Origin: an uncultured Verrucomicrobiae bacterium
GTDB taxonomy: Bacteria > Verrucomicrobiota > Verrucomicrobiia > Chthoniobacterales > UBA10450
NCBI GenBank assembly: GCA_963772365.1
Contig: CAVYXA010000001.1
Location: 1,733,267-1,797,266, forward strand
Direction of reading: 5' to 3'
Length of the DNA: 64,000 nucleotides
The translations under genes were made by a program, and so were the position numbers. The first letter of the stretch is position 1. Each line of letters opens with the position of its first letter. Shown in pieces: positions 10,031 through 19,398 of this stretch. The notes beneath the pieces are model-generated. The model was not told the DNA's origin, searched no databases, and saw nothing but the letters and a program-made list of their open reading frames with translations.

Positions 10031-12007
10031 ATGGGTTTGACACTGGTTGAAAAAATTGCGGCACGACACGCCGATGGGCTCAAACCGGGAACTGTTGTCC
10101 GCAGTGGCGATTTTGTTTCGATTCGTCCGCGTCATGTGATGACGCATGACAATACCGGCGCGGTAATTCCGAAGTTCAAGCAAATTGGCGCGACCAAGAT
10201 TGCCGATTCGGCGCAGCCCGTTTTTGCAATCGATCACGATATTCAAAACACGACGCCGAAAAACTTGGAGAAATACGCCAAGATCGAAGCGTTCGCTGCC
10301 GAGCACGGAATCGATTTTTACCCGGCTGGCACGGGCATTTCGCACCAGGTGATGGTGGAACAAGGTTACGTCGTTCCGGGTGCGCTCGTGGTCGCGAGCG
10401 ATTCGCATTCGAATCTGTACGGCGCGATCGGCGCGCTGGGCACGCCGGTAGTGCGAACCGACGCCGCGAGCATCTGGGCAACCGGAGTCACCTGGTGGCA
10501 GGTTCCGAAGGTCGCGAAGGTTTTACTAAAAGGAAATCTTTCCGCCGGTGTCACCGGCAAGGACGTCATCATCGCGCTGTGCGGACTCTTCAACAAAGAC
10601 GAGGTGCTGAATCACGCGGTTGAATTTCTGGGCGATGGCGTGGCAAAGCTGCCGATGTCGGCGCGCATGACCATCGCCAACATGACGACCGAATGGGGCG
10701 CGCTCGCCGGTGTGTTTCCATTCGATGAAGTAACGGTGAATTATTTGCGCTCGCGCGTCCCGGAATTCAGCAATCCAAATCGCCCGGGAAAACGTAGCCC
10801 GAAAAGTCGCTCCGGGTACACCAAGATCGACATCGACAACTGGTGGAAGAATCGAAGTGAGTTGAGCGCTGATGCCGACGCGGGTTACGCCATAGAGCTT
10901 GAGCTCGATCTGGCCACGGTCGTTCCGCACGTCTCCGGCCCTAACGAAGTGAAAACGATGGTGTCGCTCCCGGAAATGCAGCGGAAATACGTGCCCATTC
11001 AAAAGGCATATTTGTTGTCATGCGTGAATGCGCGCTTTGAGGATCTGCATGACGCGGCCGAAGTCATCCGCGCGCGCGGCGGACGTGTTGCCGAGGGTGT
11101 CGAATTTTATTTGGCCCCGGCTAGCGCCGAAGTGCAGGCCAAGTCCGAGTCCAACGGCGATTGGAAAACTTTGCTCGATGCCGGTGCGATTCCGCTGCCA
11201 CCTGGTTGCGGCGCGTGCATCGGCCTTGGGAAGGGACTGGTCGGCAAAGGGGAAACCGCAATCAGCGCCACCAATCGAAATTTCAAAGGGCGCATGGGTG
11301 ATCGCGACGCTCTGGTGTATTTAGGCTCGCCCGCGGTCGTAGCAGCCAGCGCGCTGGCTGGATTTATTTGCGCGCCAAAAGATTTCGCCGAGCGCGCCGC
11401 AGGCACAGCAATTCGGCGCACTGAAAAGAAAGCGGAGCCAACAGGCTCGGTCGAAATCATCAACGGTTTCCCCTCAAGCGTGCACGGTCGCATTCTCTTT
11501 CTCGATAAGGACAATTTGAACACGGACGGAATTTACGGCAGCAAACACACTTATCGCGACGATATGACGCCGGAAGAAATGGCCGCGGTCACGTTTGAAA
11601 ACTACGATCCGAACTTTAACACGCTCTATCAAAAGGGCGACGTCGTGGTTGGCGGACTCAACTTTGGCAGCGGCTCGAGCCGGGAACAGGCGGCCACGGC
11701 GCTAAAGTTCAAAGGCATTCCCTGCGTCATCGCCGCGAGCTTTTCGGAGACCTACAAGCGCAATGCGTTCAACAACGGCTTCGTCGTGTTTGAATGTCCG
11801 GAGTTGGTGATGCATCTGCGCGCGACATTGAAAAATCGCGCGCCGACGACTGTCGCGTCCGAGATCATGATCGATTACGGCAAATCGGTGCTGACCACCG
11901 GTGGAAAATCATTCGCCTTCCCGCCGCTCAGTCCAGCTGCACAAGAATTGATCGTAGCCGGCGGCGCGGAAAATCTGGTGGCATCGCGGCTCCGCGCGAA
12001 GGCATGA
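10031..12007 (+). CDS. lysF: Homoaconitase-like hydratase with fused large and small subunits (fungal Lys4/LysF architecture)
   Basis: MTHDNT, DSHSNLYG, RTDAA, SCVN, CGACIG, ATNRNFKGRMG, then swivel domain NTDGIY...GSSREQA in one 658-aa chain. Confidence 0.8.
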   Translation: MGLTLVEKIAARHADGLKPGTVVRSGDFVSIRPRHVMTHDNTGAVIPKFKQIGATKIADSAQPVFAIDHDIQNTTPKNLEKYAKIEAFAAEHGIDFYPAGTGISHQVMVEQGYVVPGALVVASDSHSNLYGAIGALGTPVVRTDAASIWATGVTWWQVPKVAKVLLKGNLSAGVTGKDVIIALCGLFNKDEVLNHAVEFLGDGVAKLPMSARMTIANMTTEWGALAGVFPFDEVTVNYLRSRVPEFSNPNRPGKRSPKSRSGYTKIDIDNWWKNRSELSADADAGYAIELELDLATVVPHVSGPNEVKTMVSLPEMQRKYVPIQKAYLLSCVNARFEDLHDAAEVIRARGGRVAEGVEFYLAPASAEVQAKSESNGDWKTLLDAGAIPLPPGCGACIGLGKGLVGKGETAISATNRNFKGRMGDRDALVYLGSPAVVAASALAGFICAPKDFAERAAGTAIRRTEKKAEPTGSVEIINGFPSSVHGRILFLDKDNLNTDGIYGSKHTYRDDMTPEEMAAVTFENYDPNFNTLYQKGDVVVGGLNFGSGSSREQAATALKFKGIPCVIAASFSETYKRNAFNNGFVVFECPELVMHLRATLKNRAPTTVASEIMIDYGKSVLTTGGKSFAFPPLSPAAQELIVAGGAENLVASRLRAKA

Positions 12008-12013
12008 GTTTTT

Positions 12014-12087
12014 ACCACACAGCGCACAGAGAACACGGAGGAAATGCTAGAGTTTGTAGTCTCTGCGAACTCTGTGATCTCTGTGGT
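12014..12087. repeat. CACAGAG/CTCTGTG-type intergenic inverted repeat
   Basis: ACCACACAGCGCACAGAGAACACGGAG ... CTCTGCGAACTCTGTGATCTCTGTGGT. Confidence 0.7.
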
Positions 12088-12155
12088 GAATTCTCTTTGG
12101 TTTGAATCTTAGCCACGCTTGCACGCGCGCGGGGCTCCGATAAAATCGACATCCT

Positions 12156-13310
12156 ATGGCGAAATACAAAATTGCTTGGATGCCCGGGGACGGAGTCGGA
12201 CACGATGTGATGGAGGCGGCGCGTCTCGTTTTGGATCGGCTGAAACTCGACGCCGAGTATGTGCCGTGCGACATCGGTTGGGAATTTTGGTGTAAGGAAG
12301 GGAACGCGCTTCCCGATCGCACGGTGAAAGCGCTGAAGGAGACAACATGCGGACTGTTCGGCGCGATTACGAGTAAACCGCAGGACAAAGCCAAGGACGA
12401 ATTGAGTCCGGAATTGAAGGGCAAAGGCCTCGTCTACTTTTCGCCCATTGTCGGACTGCGCCAGATGTTCAACCTCCACACCAACATGCGGCCGTGCAAA
12501 AGTTATCCGGGCAATCCATTAAACTTTCGCGGCAACAAAATTACGAACCCGAGCGGCGAAGATGTCCCGATCGATCAGGTCGTTTTTCGGGAAAACACCG
12601 AAGGGATGTACGGCGGCGTGGAGTTTTTCCCGTTGCCGGAATCGGTTTACACCGCGCTTTGTGCGAATCCGAAGATGAAGAAGTGGAAAGACAAAGCGGG
12701 CTTGGGAAACATCGCGCTCTCCACGCGGATCATGAGCAAGCAAGGTTGCACCAGCATCTGCAAGCAAGCCTTCGACTACGCCAAGAAAACCGGACGCAAA
12801 CGCGTCACGCTGATCGAAAAACCGAACGTGCTGCGCGAGACCGGCGGGCTGATGATGCGTCGCTTCAACGAGGTCGCGAAAAATTATCCTGGGATTCAGG
12901 CCGATGAAGCCAACATCGACGCCATCTGCATGTGGATGTTCAAGAACCCGCAGGATTACTCCGTGCTCGTAGCCGAAAATATGTTCGGCGACATTGTTAG
13001 CGACTTGTGCGCCGGCCTGGTCGGCGGCCTCGGCTTCGCGCCGAGCGCCAACCTCGGGGACAACTACGCCGTGTTCGAGCCGACGCACGGCTCAGCCCCG
13101 AAATACGCCGGCCAATACAAGGTCAATCCGATCGCAATGCTGCTAACGACAAAGCTGATGCTCGACTGGCTTAAGGAGAATGATATGGCAACGCGTTTGG
13201 AGTCCGCGATTGCCCGCGTCATCAAGGAAGGCAAAGTCCGCACCTACGACATGGGAGGCAAAGCATCCACATTAGATGTTGCGAAGGCGATCGCGGATTA
13301 TGCCGGGTAG
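12156..13310 (+). CDS. Isocitrate/isopropylmalate dehydrogenase family protein, probably homoisocitrate dehydrogenase
   Basis: PGDGVG, RENTEG, NMFGDIVSD, FEPTHGSAP, RTYDMGG; follows the homoaconitase. Confidence 0.85.
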   Translation: MAKYKIAWMPGDGVGHDVMEAARLVLDRLKLDAEYVPCDIGWEFWCKEGNALPDRTVKALKETTCGLFGAITSKPQDKAKDELSPELKGKGLVYFSPIVGLRQMFNLHTNMRPCKSYPGNPLNFRGNKITNPSGEDVPIDQVVFRENTEGMYGGVEFFPLPESVYTALCANPKMKKWKDKAGLGNIALSTRIMSKQGCTSICKQAFDYAKKTGRKRVTLIEKPNVLRETGGLMMRRFNEVAKNYPGIQADEANIDAICMWMFKNPQDYSVLVAENMFGDIVSDLCAGLVGGLGFAPSANLGDNYAVFEPTHGSAPKYAGQYKVNPIAMLLTTKLMLDWLKENDMATRLESAIARVIKEGKVRTYDMGGKASTLDVAKAIADYAG

Positions 13311-13414
13311 CGGTCGCCGCGGCGACTTGGTTTCGGCGTCGTGCCGAAACAGGCATTCGTTGACCTCGACAATTGGGCGCATGGGGTCGGGCTTACGTCA
13401 GTATAATATTCCAA

Positions 13415-13457
13415 CAATAATATTATTGACTTACTTTTGAGATCGATGTAATACCAT
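13415..13457 (+). promoter_or_regulatory. TA promoter/operator
   Basis: Perfect palindrome CAATAATATTATTG (13415-13428) overlapping TTGACT (-35); TAATAC 17 bp downstream. Confidence 0.6.
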
Positions 13458-13462
13458 CTATC

Positions 13463-13708
13463 ATGAATCCAACACCAAAAACCGACACTGTGATGTTCAC
13501 TGTCAAAGGGCAGGTCGTGATTCCCCGATGGCTGCGCAAAGACTTCGAGATCGACGAGGGAACCCGCGCCGTCGTTTACAAGCACAACGACCATATCGTG
13601 CTGAAACCGCTGACGGCCCAGCATTATCGCCGTCTACGAGGATCGCTCAAAGGCACAAAGGCGATGGAGGTATTCATGTCGGAACGGAAGCGCGAGCGAG
13701 AGCTTTAA
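13463..13708 (+). CDS. AbrB/MazE-family antitoxin
   Basis: TVKGQVVIPRWLRK motif, 81 aa, upstream of a PIN toxin. Confidence 0.88.
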   Translation: MNPTPKTDTVMFTVKGQVVIPRWLRKDFEIDEGTRAVVYKHNDHIVLKPLTAQHYRRLRGSLKGTKAMEVFMSERKREREL

Positions 13709-13709
13709 T

Positions 13710-14120
13710 ATGACGATGGTTTTGGATGCTCACGCCCTGATGGTCTTGTTTAACGACGAGCCAGGTGCAGAAGAGGTCGAAAAGCTTCTTATCAGAGCCG
13801 AGAGCGGAAGTCCGAAACTCCTGATGAGCGTCGTGAATTGGGGGGAGATTTACTACTCTATCCTTCGCGGGGCGTCGCAAGAAATCGCTGAGGCGAAAGC
13901 CCATGAGATCGCCGGGATGCAAATTGAGCTTGTACCGGTAGACGCGCGCGACTTGGAACTGGTGCGCCAAGCTGCGGTTTTCAAAGCCACAAAGAAAATG
14001 TCATACGCAGACTGTTTTGCGGCGGCTTTGGCTAAGATCAACAACGCCGAGCTACTGACGGGCGATTCCGAGTTCAAGGTCGTCGAGAGGGAACTAAAGA
14101 AAATCAGATGGTTGAGATGA
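13710..14120 (+). CDS. vapC: VapC/PIN toxin
   Basis: VLDAHAL, NWGE, SYADCFAAALA, LLTGD. Confidence 0.9.
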   Translation: MTMVLDAHALMVLFNDEPGAEEVEKLLIRAESGSPKLLMSVVNWGEIYYSILRGASQEIAEAKAHEIAGMQIELVPVDARDLELVRQAAVFKATKKMSYADCFAAALAKINNAELLTGDSEFKVVERELKKIRWLR

Positions 14121-14260
14121 AACTGGAAGCCGGCATTGCTGCAAAGGCCAATCCGGCTCGGATCGTCATCAAGGAAGGCAAAGTGCGGACCTACGACATG
14201 GGTGGAAAAGGTTCCAGGCTTGATGTCGCCAAAGCCATCGCCGATTACGCCAGTTCATAA
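14117..14260 (+). pseudogene. Diverged duplicate of the dehydrogenase 3' end (47-codon ORF)
   Basis: MKLEAGIAA[KANPARI]VIKEGKVRTYDMGGKGSRLDVAKAIADYASS* versus the gene end RLESAIARVIKEGKVRTYDMGGKASTLDVAKAIADYAG*. Confidence 0.85.
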
Positions 14261-14308
14261 ACTGAGAAGATCGACATCTATCGACAGAACGCATAGAGCT
14301 GAGTTCGA

Positions 14309-14851
14309 ATGAAATTGCAGCTCGAAGATTTGCAGATCGTCGACCTCACAAAGTATCAAACTGACGTTTACGTTCCTTTGAATCGCGCTCTGCGCGGTTT
14401 CGAACCAGTAACGATGGCCGATTTGGTGATGGCGAAAAAAATCGATAGCGCAATTACACGCGCGGCAATTCCGCGAGACATGATCGTGTATCGCGGTTTT
14501 ATGCGAAACGTGGTCAACGGGCTGGAGCCGGGCGACACTTTTACTGATAACGGATTCTCCTCCGCCAGTCTCTCTGAAACAGTCGCGCGGGACAGATTCG
14601 CCTACGGCGGCGGGGCGATTTTTCAGTTCGTTGCTCGGAAGGGCACGCACGCGATTTATCTCGACGATTTTATAAAGTTCCCGAAACCGGAGTTAGAGAT
14701 CCTCTTTCCGCCCGGCACTTCCTTCCGAATTCTGAGCAAACAAATCCGACACGGAATCACATACTTTATGGTCGAATTGATATCAGCTAACCCGACGACC
14801 GGTGACACTTTGCAGGCGACGACTGCTTCGCGCGGTTTGGCGACGAGCTGA
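14309..14851 (+). CDS. Stand-alone ADP-ribosyltransferase, R-S-E (VIP2/ExoS-like) clade
   Basis: LNRALRG, VYRG, FSSAS, ELEILFPPGT motifs. Confidence 0.8.
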   Translation: MKLQLEDLQIVDLTKYQTDVYVPLNRALRGFEPVTMADLVMAKKIDSAITRAAIPRDMIVYRGFMRNVVNGLEPGDTFTDNGFSSASLSETVARDRFAYGGGAIFQFVARKGTHAIYLDDFIKFPKPELEILFPPGTSFRILSKQIRHGITYFMVELISANPTTGDTLQATTASRGLATS

Positions 14852-14898
14852 TTAAGGTGCAATTTCGGCGTCAAATGTGCTAAATCGGATTGGAACGA

Positions 14899-16031
14899 AT
14901 GCGAAACATCTTTCTCTTGTACATGCCGCTAGGCAATGCCGAGGCGATGGTGCACTATCAGGACACGATACGCAATAAAGTCGCGTTTTTGAGCGTATCG
15001 CGCCGCACGTCTCCTCGAGTTTAGCTCGGAACCTGCAACAAGTTTTCGGAACTCACTCGATCGCTGTTTGGGGTTCGCGCGACTCATCGGCGAACAGAGC
15101 GAAATTCGATCGAATGGCGGAAGGTGACGAGATACTGATTGTAGAAGGAGAGACGATTAAATTGTTGGGGCGAGTTGCCGGAAAAGTGGTAAGCCCAACA
15201 CTTTCGGCGGAGCTGTGGAAAAACCTCCGTGGTGACACCATCCAAGGATGGGATCTGATTTATTTCATCGCAAATTCAAGAGAGATCGATCTCCCGTTCG
15301 CGGAATTTTGCTGCCTGTTCGGATACGAAAAGCATTTCCAACTGCGTGGATTTACGGGTATTTCGAAGGAACGACTCGAAACGTTCTATGCTCAGTACGA
15401 CGATCTTTATTCGATTCTTCTGCGCCTGAAAAAAGGCGACCGAATTCAGGAGCTTCCGGAGCCGGAAGCATTCAAACCGCCTCCGCGTCGTGATGAAGAA
15501 CTAAGTGCAAAACCCGAACGCGAGTTATCTGATCATCTTCGCATGCAATGGTTGCTTTTGAAAATGGGTCGCCAAGCCGGTGAGAAGGTTTGGGCGCCGA
15601 AGAATGATCAACAACGAATCACCGCTGAATACAAGTTTGCGGATTTCACGGAAACCTTCACGGCGGGTTTAGACACTCAGGCAAAATACGTCGAGAACAT
15701 CGATGTAGTTTGGAAAGAAGAATTCAGGATTGACGCCGCATTCGAAATTGAAAACAGCACATCGATATATTCGGGCTTACTTCGCTTTGCGGACTTAACC
15801 ATGGTCGCGCCGAATACCGTTTATCCAATGTTCATCGTTGCGCCCGGCGAGAGACGCAATCGCGTCCGGGAACAGTTAGCGCGACCAAGTTTTCGATACC
15901 TCGGCATCTACGAGAAAGTTCGCTATCTGTCTTATGAAAAGCTCAACGAAATTGAGGAGTTTTTTGATGAAGCGAAATCTGGGTTGAGTGTCGAGGTCTT
16001 CGTAGGTAAGTCGGAATCGCTGCCCGCGTAG
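14899..16031 (+). pseudogene. Frameshifted putative restriction nuclease: EVE/PUA-like N-domain plus PD-(D/E)XK-like C-domain
   Basis: Frame from ATG 14899 joins the 15114 frame at T5 (14986-14990); VWG...FDRMAEGDEILI; IDVVW...AFEIENSTSIYSGLLRF. Confidence 0.6.
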
Positions 16032-16035
16032 AGCT

Positions 16036-17997
16036 TCATCGGGTTTCTTCGCCGCTCTCATGAAGTTGCAAGGCTGTAAGGAATGGATCGTCTAAATCCA
16101 TGTCGACATCGTGTTCGGGCGCGACGCGCTTGAAGCCCGCATACATGAGGCACATCAGATGCAGCCCGGAAAACTTCCTGTCTGGAATGCTACGGAGTTC
16201 ATATTTTTCATCTGGTGATGCGTAGTCGAGGCCGTTCCTGCCAAGCAGTGCGATTTCAAACGCGACGTTGCGAACTTGCTCCGTCGTCATGGCATCGAAC
16301 CGCTTGAACGCATCCAGGAAATAGAAAATGGCCGCGGGCTGTTTTTCTTTGAGCAGCGCCGGATTAGTCGTGCCCTGTTTGAGCGGTTGGGCGCTCGCTT
16401 CGTGATGGCCGGGGTCAGGACGCCATTCATACCAGTCCCGCAGACCAACCATATCGGCAAACTCGTCTACCAATCGGTATTCGTCGCCCGGCTCGAGATT
16501 TTTCGCCCGCTCCTGCCAGTGTTTCCAGAGTCGTTGCGACAGCGCAAACATCTCCAGACTGCGATACGGTGCGGAGAATGTCGAAGCTCCTTGAAAGAGA
16601 TCGTCTAGGAACTCGGCGTAAGCGCCGTTTAACGCGAGACTCGCTTGAAAAATCTTTCGTGGCGTGAGCCGACGGATCTCCGGATTGCTGTTCGTTTCCC
16701 ACGCTTCCATCGCCAGCTTTCTGACCGAGAGAAATTGCGCGGGCTGGAGTGGCTTGAACGTGTCGCGGATATGTCGCTCAATCAGCATATCCACGGGACA
16801 GTTGAACAAGAATTCGCAAAGCCCGTTGATCAGCGTCAACGTGACCTCAGTAATCTTCTTCTCGGGGTATCCAGCCTTTTCCCATTTGCGAACATCGCTG
16901 GCGACAGATCTGATAGCAGTCTCTCGTGTGTTGGCGGTGGTCGCGAAGAAAAGATTCTTGCCGATCGCGCGGGCCTCAGATTCCAGCTTGAGGTGAGTGA
17001 GTTCGTGACTCTCTAAGTGGGCAACTAACGGGGGGGGGTAATCCGCTCTAATCTTGATCAAGTGGAAGTCGCGGTTGTGTTTCCAAGCCATTTGGATATT
17101 CGCGCCCATCTTGCTTGCGAAATTCTCTTCCTGAACGCGAATCGGAAAGCCGGACAGACTTTCCATTTCCGCTTTGTAGTTCTGGACAAGCTTGAACGCT
17201 TCAGACTGGTTGCGCCCCGCGAGATCAACTTGCAGTTTGGCGAAGAGTCGCCGTGCACCGTCGTAAACCGGTTTCGACCGCACGTCTTGCATCTTTGCCT
17301 TCAGGAACATTCGACTAAGCGTTTCAAGCGCGGCGTCTGGCTTGTGCGCGGAATCGAAGGCCATGGCCTCGCCGTAATAAGCATTGGCGAAATCAGGATT
17401 TGCGGCAATGGCTTGTTCAAACAGCTTGATCGCTTCGTCGGTTTTGCCGCGATCGTGGTAAATCGCCGCAAGACTGTTCAACGCCCACGCGTCGTTAGGC
17501 GCGATCTCCAGTGCTTTGTGAAGAAATTTTTCGCCCGTTTCCTTGTCCGACTTCGCACGGATGTAAAGATTGGCTAGTACCACCCAACTCCAAGCATCTT
17601 TTGGATCAAGACGTAGAACTTCGATCAGGTGGTTTGAGGCACTCTCAACATCACCAACTTCGACATAGGCCATTGCGAGATCGCGACGGGCGGCATGAAA
17701 CGAAGGCTGCAGCTCGAGGACTCGCTTATATATTCCGATCGCTTTTTCGTAATTGCCTTCTTTCGCACGTTTCACTGCCCTGTCCGCGAGCCGTCTTGCC
17801 TCGTCTTTCTTCGCATCAGCCTCTTCGGGAAATGAGATGACAACCTCATCTCCTTCAAGCATCACGGCGATTGGCTTTGGCAAAAACGCATAATGTTTCA
17901 GAACGTAGGCCGTGATTGCCACTAACTCCCTTGGGTAGTCACGAGTTTGCGGCTCGACTTCGAATAGATCTGAAACTTTCAACCGGATTTCCTTCAT
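16036..17997 (-). CDS. TPR protein with a C-terminal HExxH-containing domain
   Basis: About 5 TPR units followed by HELTH; start taken at MKEIRL. Confidence 0.75.
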   Translation of the reverse strand: MKEIRLKVSDLFEVEPQTRDYPRELVAITAYVLKHYAFLPKPIAVMLEGDEVVISFPEEADAKKDEARRLADRAVKRAKEGNYEKAIGIYKRVLELQPSFHAARRDLAMAYVEVGDVESASNHLIEVLRLDPKDAWSWVVLANLYIRAKSDKETGEKFLHKALEIAPNDAWALNSLAAIYHDRGKTDEAIKLFEQAIAANPDFANAYYGEAMAFDSAHKPDAALETLSRMFLKAKMQDVRSKPVYDGARRLFAKLQVDLAGRNQSEAFKLVQNYKAEMESLSGFPIRVQEENFASKMGANIQMAWKHNRDFHLIKIRADYPPPLVAHLESHELTHLKLESEARAIGKNLFFATTANTRETAIRSVASDVRKWEKAGYPEKKITEVTLTLINGLCEFLFNCPVDMLIERHIRDTFKPLQPAQFLSVRKLAMEAWETNSNPEIRRLTPRKIFQASLALNGAYAEFLDDLFQGASTFSAPYRSLEMFALSQRLWKHWQERAKNLEPGDEYRLVDEFADMVGLRDWYEWRPDPGHHEASAQPLKQGTTNPALLKEKQPAAIFYFLDAFKRFDAMTTEQVRNVAFEIALLGRNGLDYASPDEKYELRSIPDRKFSGLHLMCLMYAGFKRVAPEHDVDMDLDDPFLTALQLHESGEETR

Positions 17998-18149
17998 CGC
18001 CGGGAACGCAATGTTTATCGCAAGATCGACAGTCGCGCTACTCACTTCGCTCAACGCGACTCCGCCTACCATCACTGAAGTTTGCGACGGTCATCCGCCT
18101 TCGCACAGCTTCGGCGTGACAAGAAGCCCGCTAGCGCTACAGAAGAAGG

Positions 18150-19245
18150 ATGAAAACGACGCTCGTCATCCTCGCGCTTTTGCTGCCGGTCCGGCTCGCC
18201 GTTTGGACGAGCTCGTCCGGTGGCGAGCTCGGACTCTTCGCGTCGGAGCTGAAGGACAAACTCAAACCTGGCCTCGACGCGATCACGCCGGAAAAAATGC
18301 TGGCGCACATCAAAACGCTTTCGTCTGATGAATTCGAAGGCCGCGCGCCCGGTTCCAAAGGCGAGGAGCTCTCGATCAAGTACATCGAGGAGCAATTCAA
18401 GAAGATCGGGTTGAAGCCGGGAAATCCGAATGGCAGTTATTTTCAGGAAGTTCCGCTGGCCGGAATCACGAGCGATCCGCACATGACTTTCACCGTCACG
18501 GGCAAGCCGGCAATGGATTTGAAATTTCAGGATGACTTCGTCGCGTCATCGGCGCGGTTGCAGGATAAGATCGACATCGACAATTCGGATATCGTCTTTG
18601 TCGGTTATGGAATCGTCGCGCCGGAATATGGCTGGAACGATTACAAGGATGTCGATGTTCGGGGCAAAACGATTCTGATGTTGATCAACGACCCGCCGAT
18701 TCCCGATCCGCACGATCCGCAAAAGCTGGACGAGAAAATGTTCAAAGGCCGCGCGATGACCTATTACGGCCGCTGGACTTACAACGCTGGCCGATATCAA
18801 CATCGACAGTATGAACGTCTGGGGCAAAGCGCGCGACGTTGAAGACACCAGTTTCGGCTTTTCCGATCTCGACGACATGCTCGCTGCCGCGGCGAAACGC
18901 CAGGGCCGGGTCATGATTCCAAATCCGCGTCCCGAGAAAGGAAGTATTTATCGCGCGGACAACTTCGAATTCAGCAAAGTGGGTCTGCCGTCCCTTTACT
19001 TAGGTAACAAAGTTCATCTTCTTTCGCGACCCGAGAATGCGCCACTGCGCACCGACGAATTCGATGCAAAGGATTACCATCAAGTCAGCGACGAAATTCA
19101 TTCCGATTGGGACCTGAGCGGCGCCGTCCAGGATGTCGATCTTCTATTCGAAGTTGGCTATCAAGTCGCCAACGGCAAAAAGTCTCCAGAATGGAAACCC
19201 GGAAACGAGTTCCGCGTAAAGCGCTTCGCGCCACGCGGTCATTAA
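18150..19245 (+). pseudogene. M28 (PA-domain) peptidase with a large internal deletion and frameshift
   Basis: [11 protein letters not shown]...YYGRWTY fused near 18783 to out-of-frame [11 protein letters not shown]...YRADNF...DYHQ; central metal-binding region absent. Confidence 0.8.
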
Positions 19246-19257
19246 TCGGCGAGCAGA

Positions 19258-19330
19258 ATGTTTTACGTATATCTGCTCCATTCCGAATCTGACTCCGGCC
19301 TATTGTCGGATACTCTGCAGAGCTGAGACG
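19258..19330 (+). pseudogene. GIY-YIG nuclease 5' remnant
   Basis: MFYVYLLHSESDSG, then after a frameshift VGYSAELRR; ends at the 20-bp repeat. Confidence 0.6.
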
Positions 19331-19353
19331 CCATCGCCGATTACGCCAGGTGA
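19330..19353 (+). repeat. Third copy of the dehydrogenase 3' terminus (att-like)
   Basis: GCCATCGCCGATTACGCCAG is identical to 14234-14253 (20 bp) and reads AIADYAR*. Confidence 0.75.
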
Positions 19354-19398
19354 AGCGGATTTCTTGCGACGTCGTCGAGCTAACGTTACAATTGGAGC

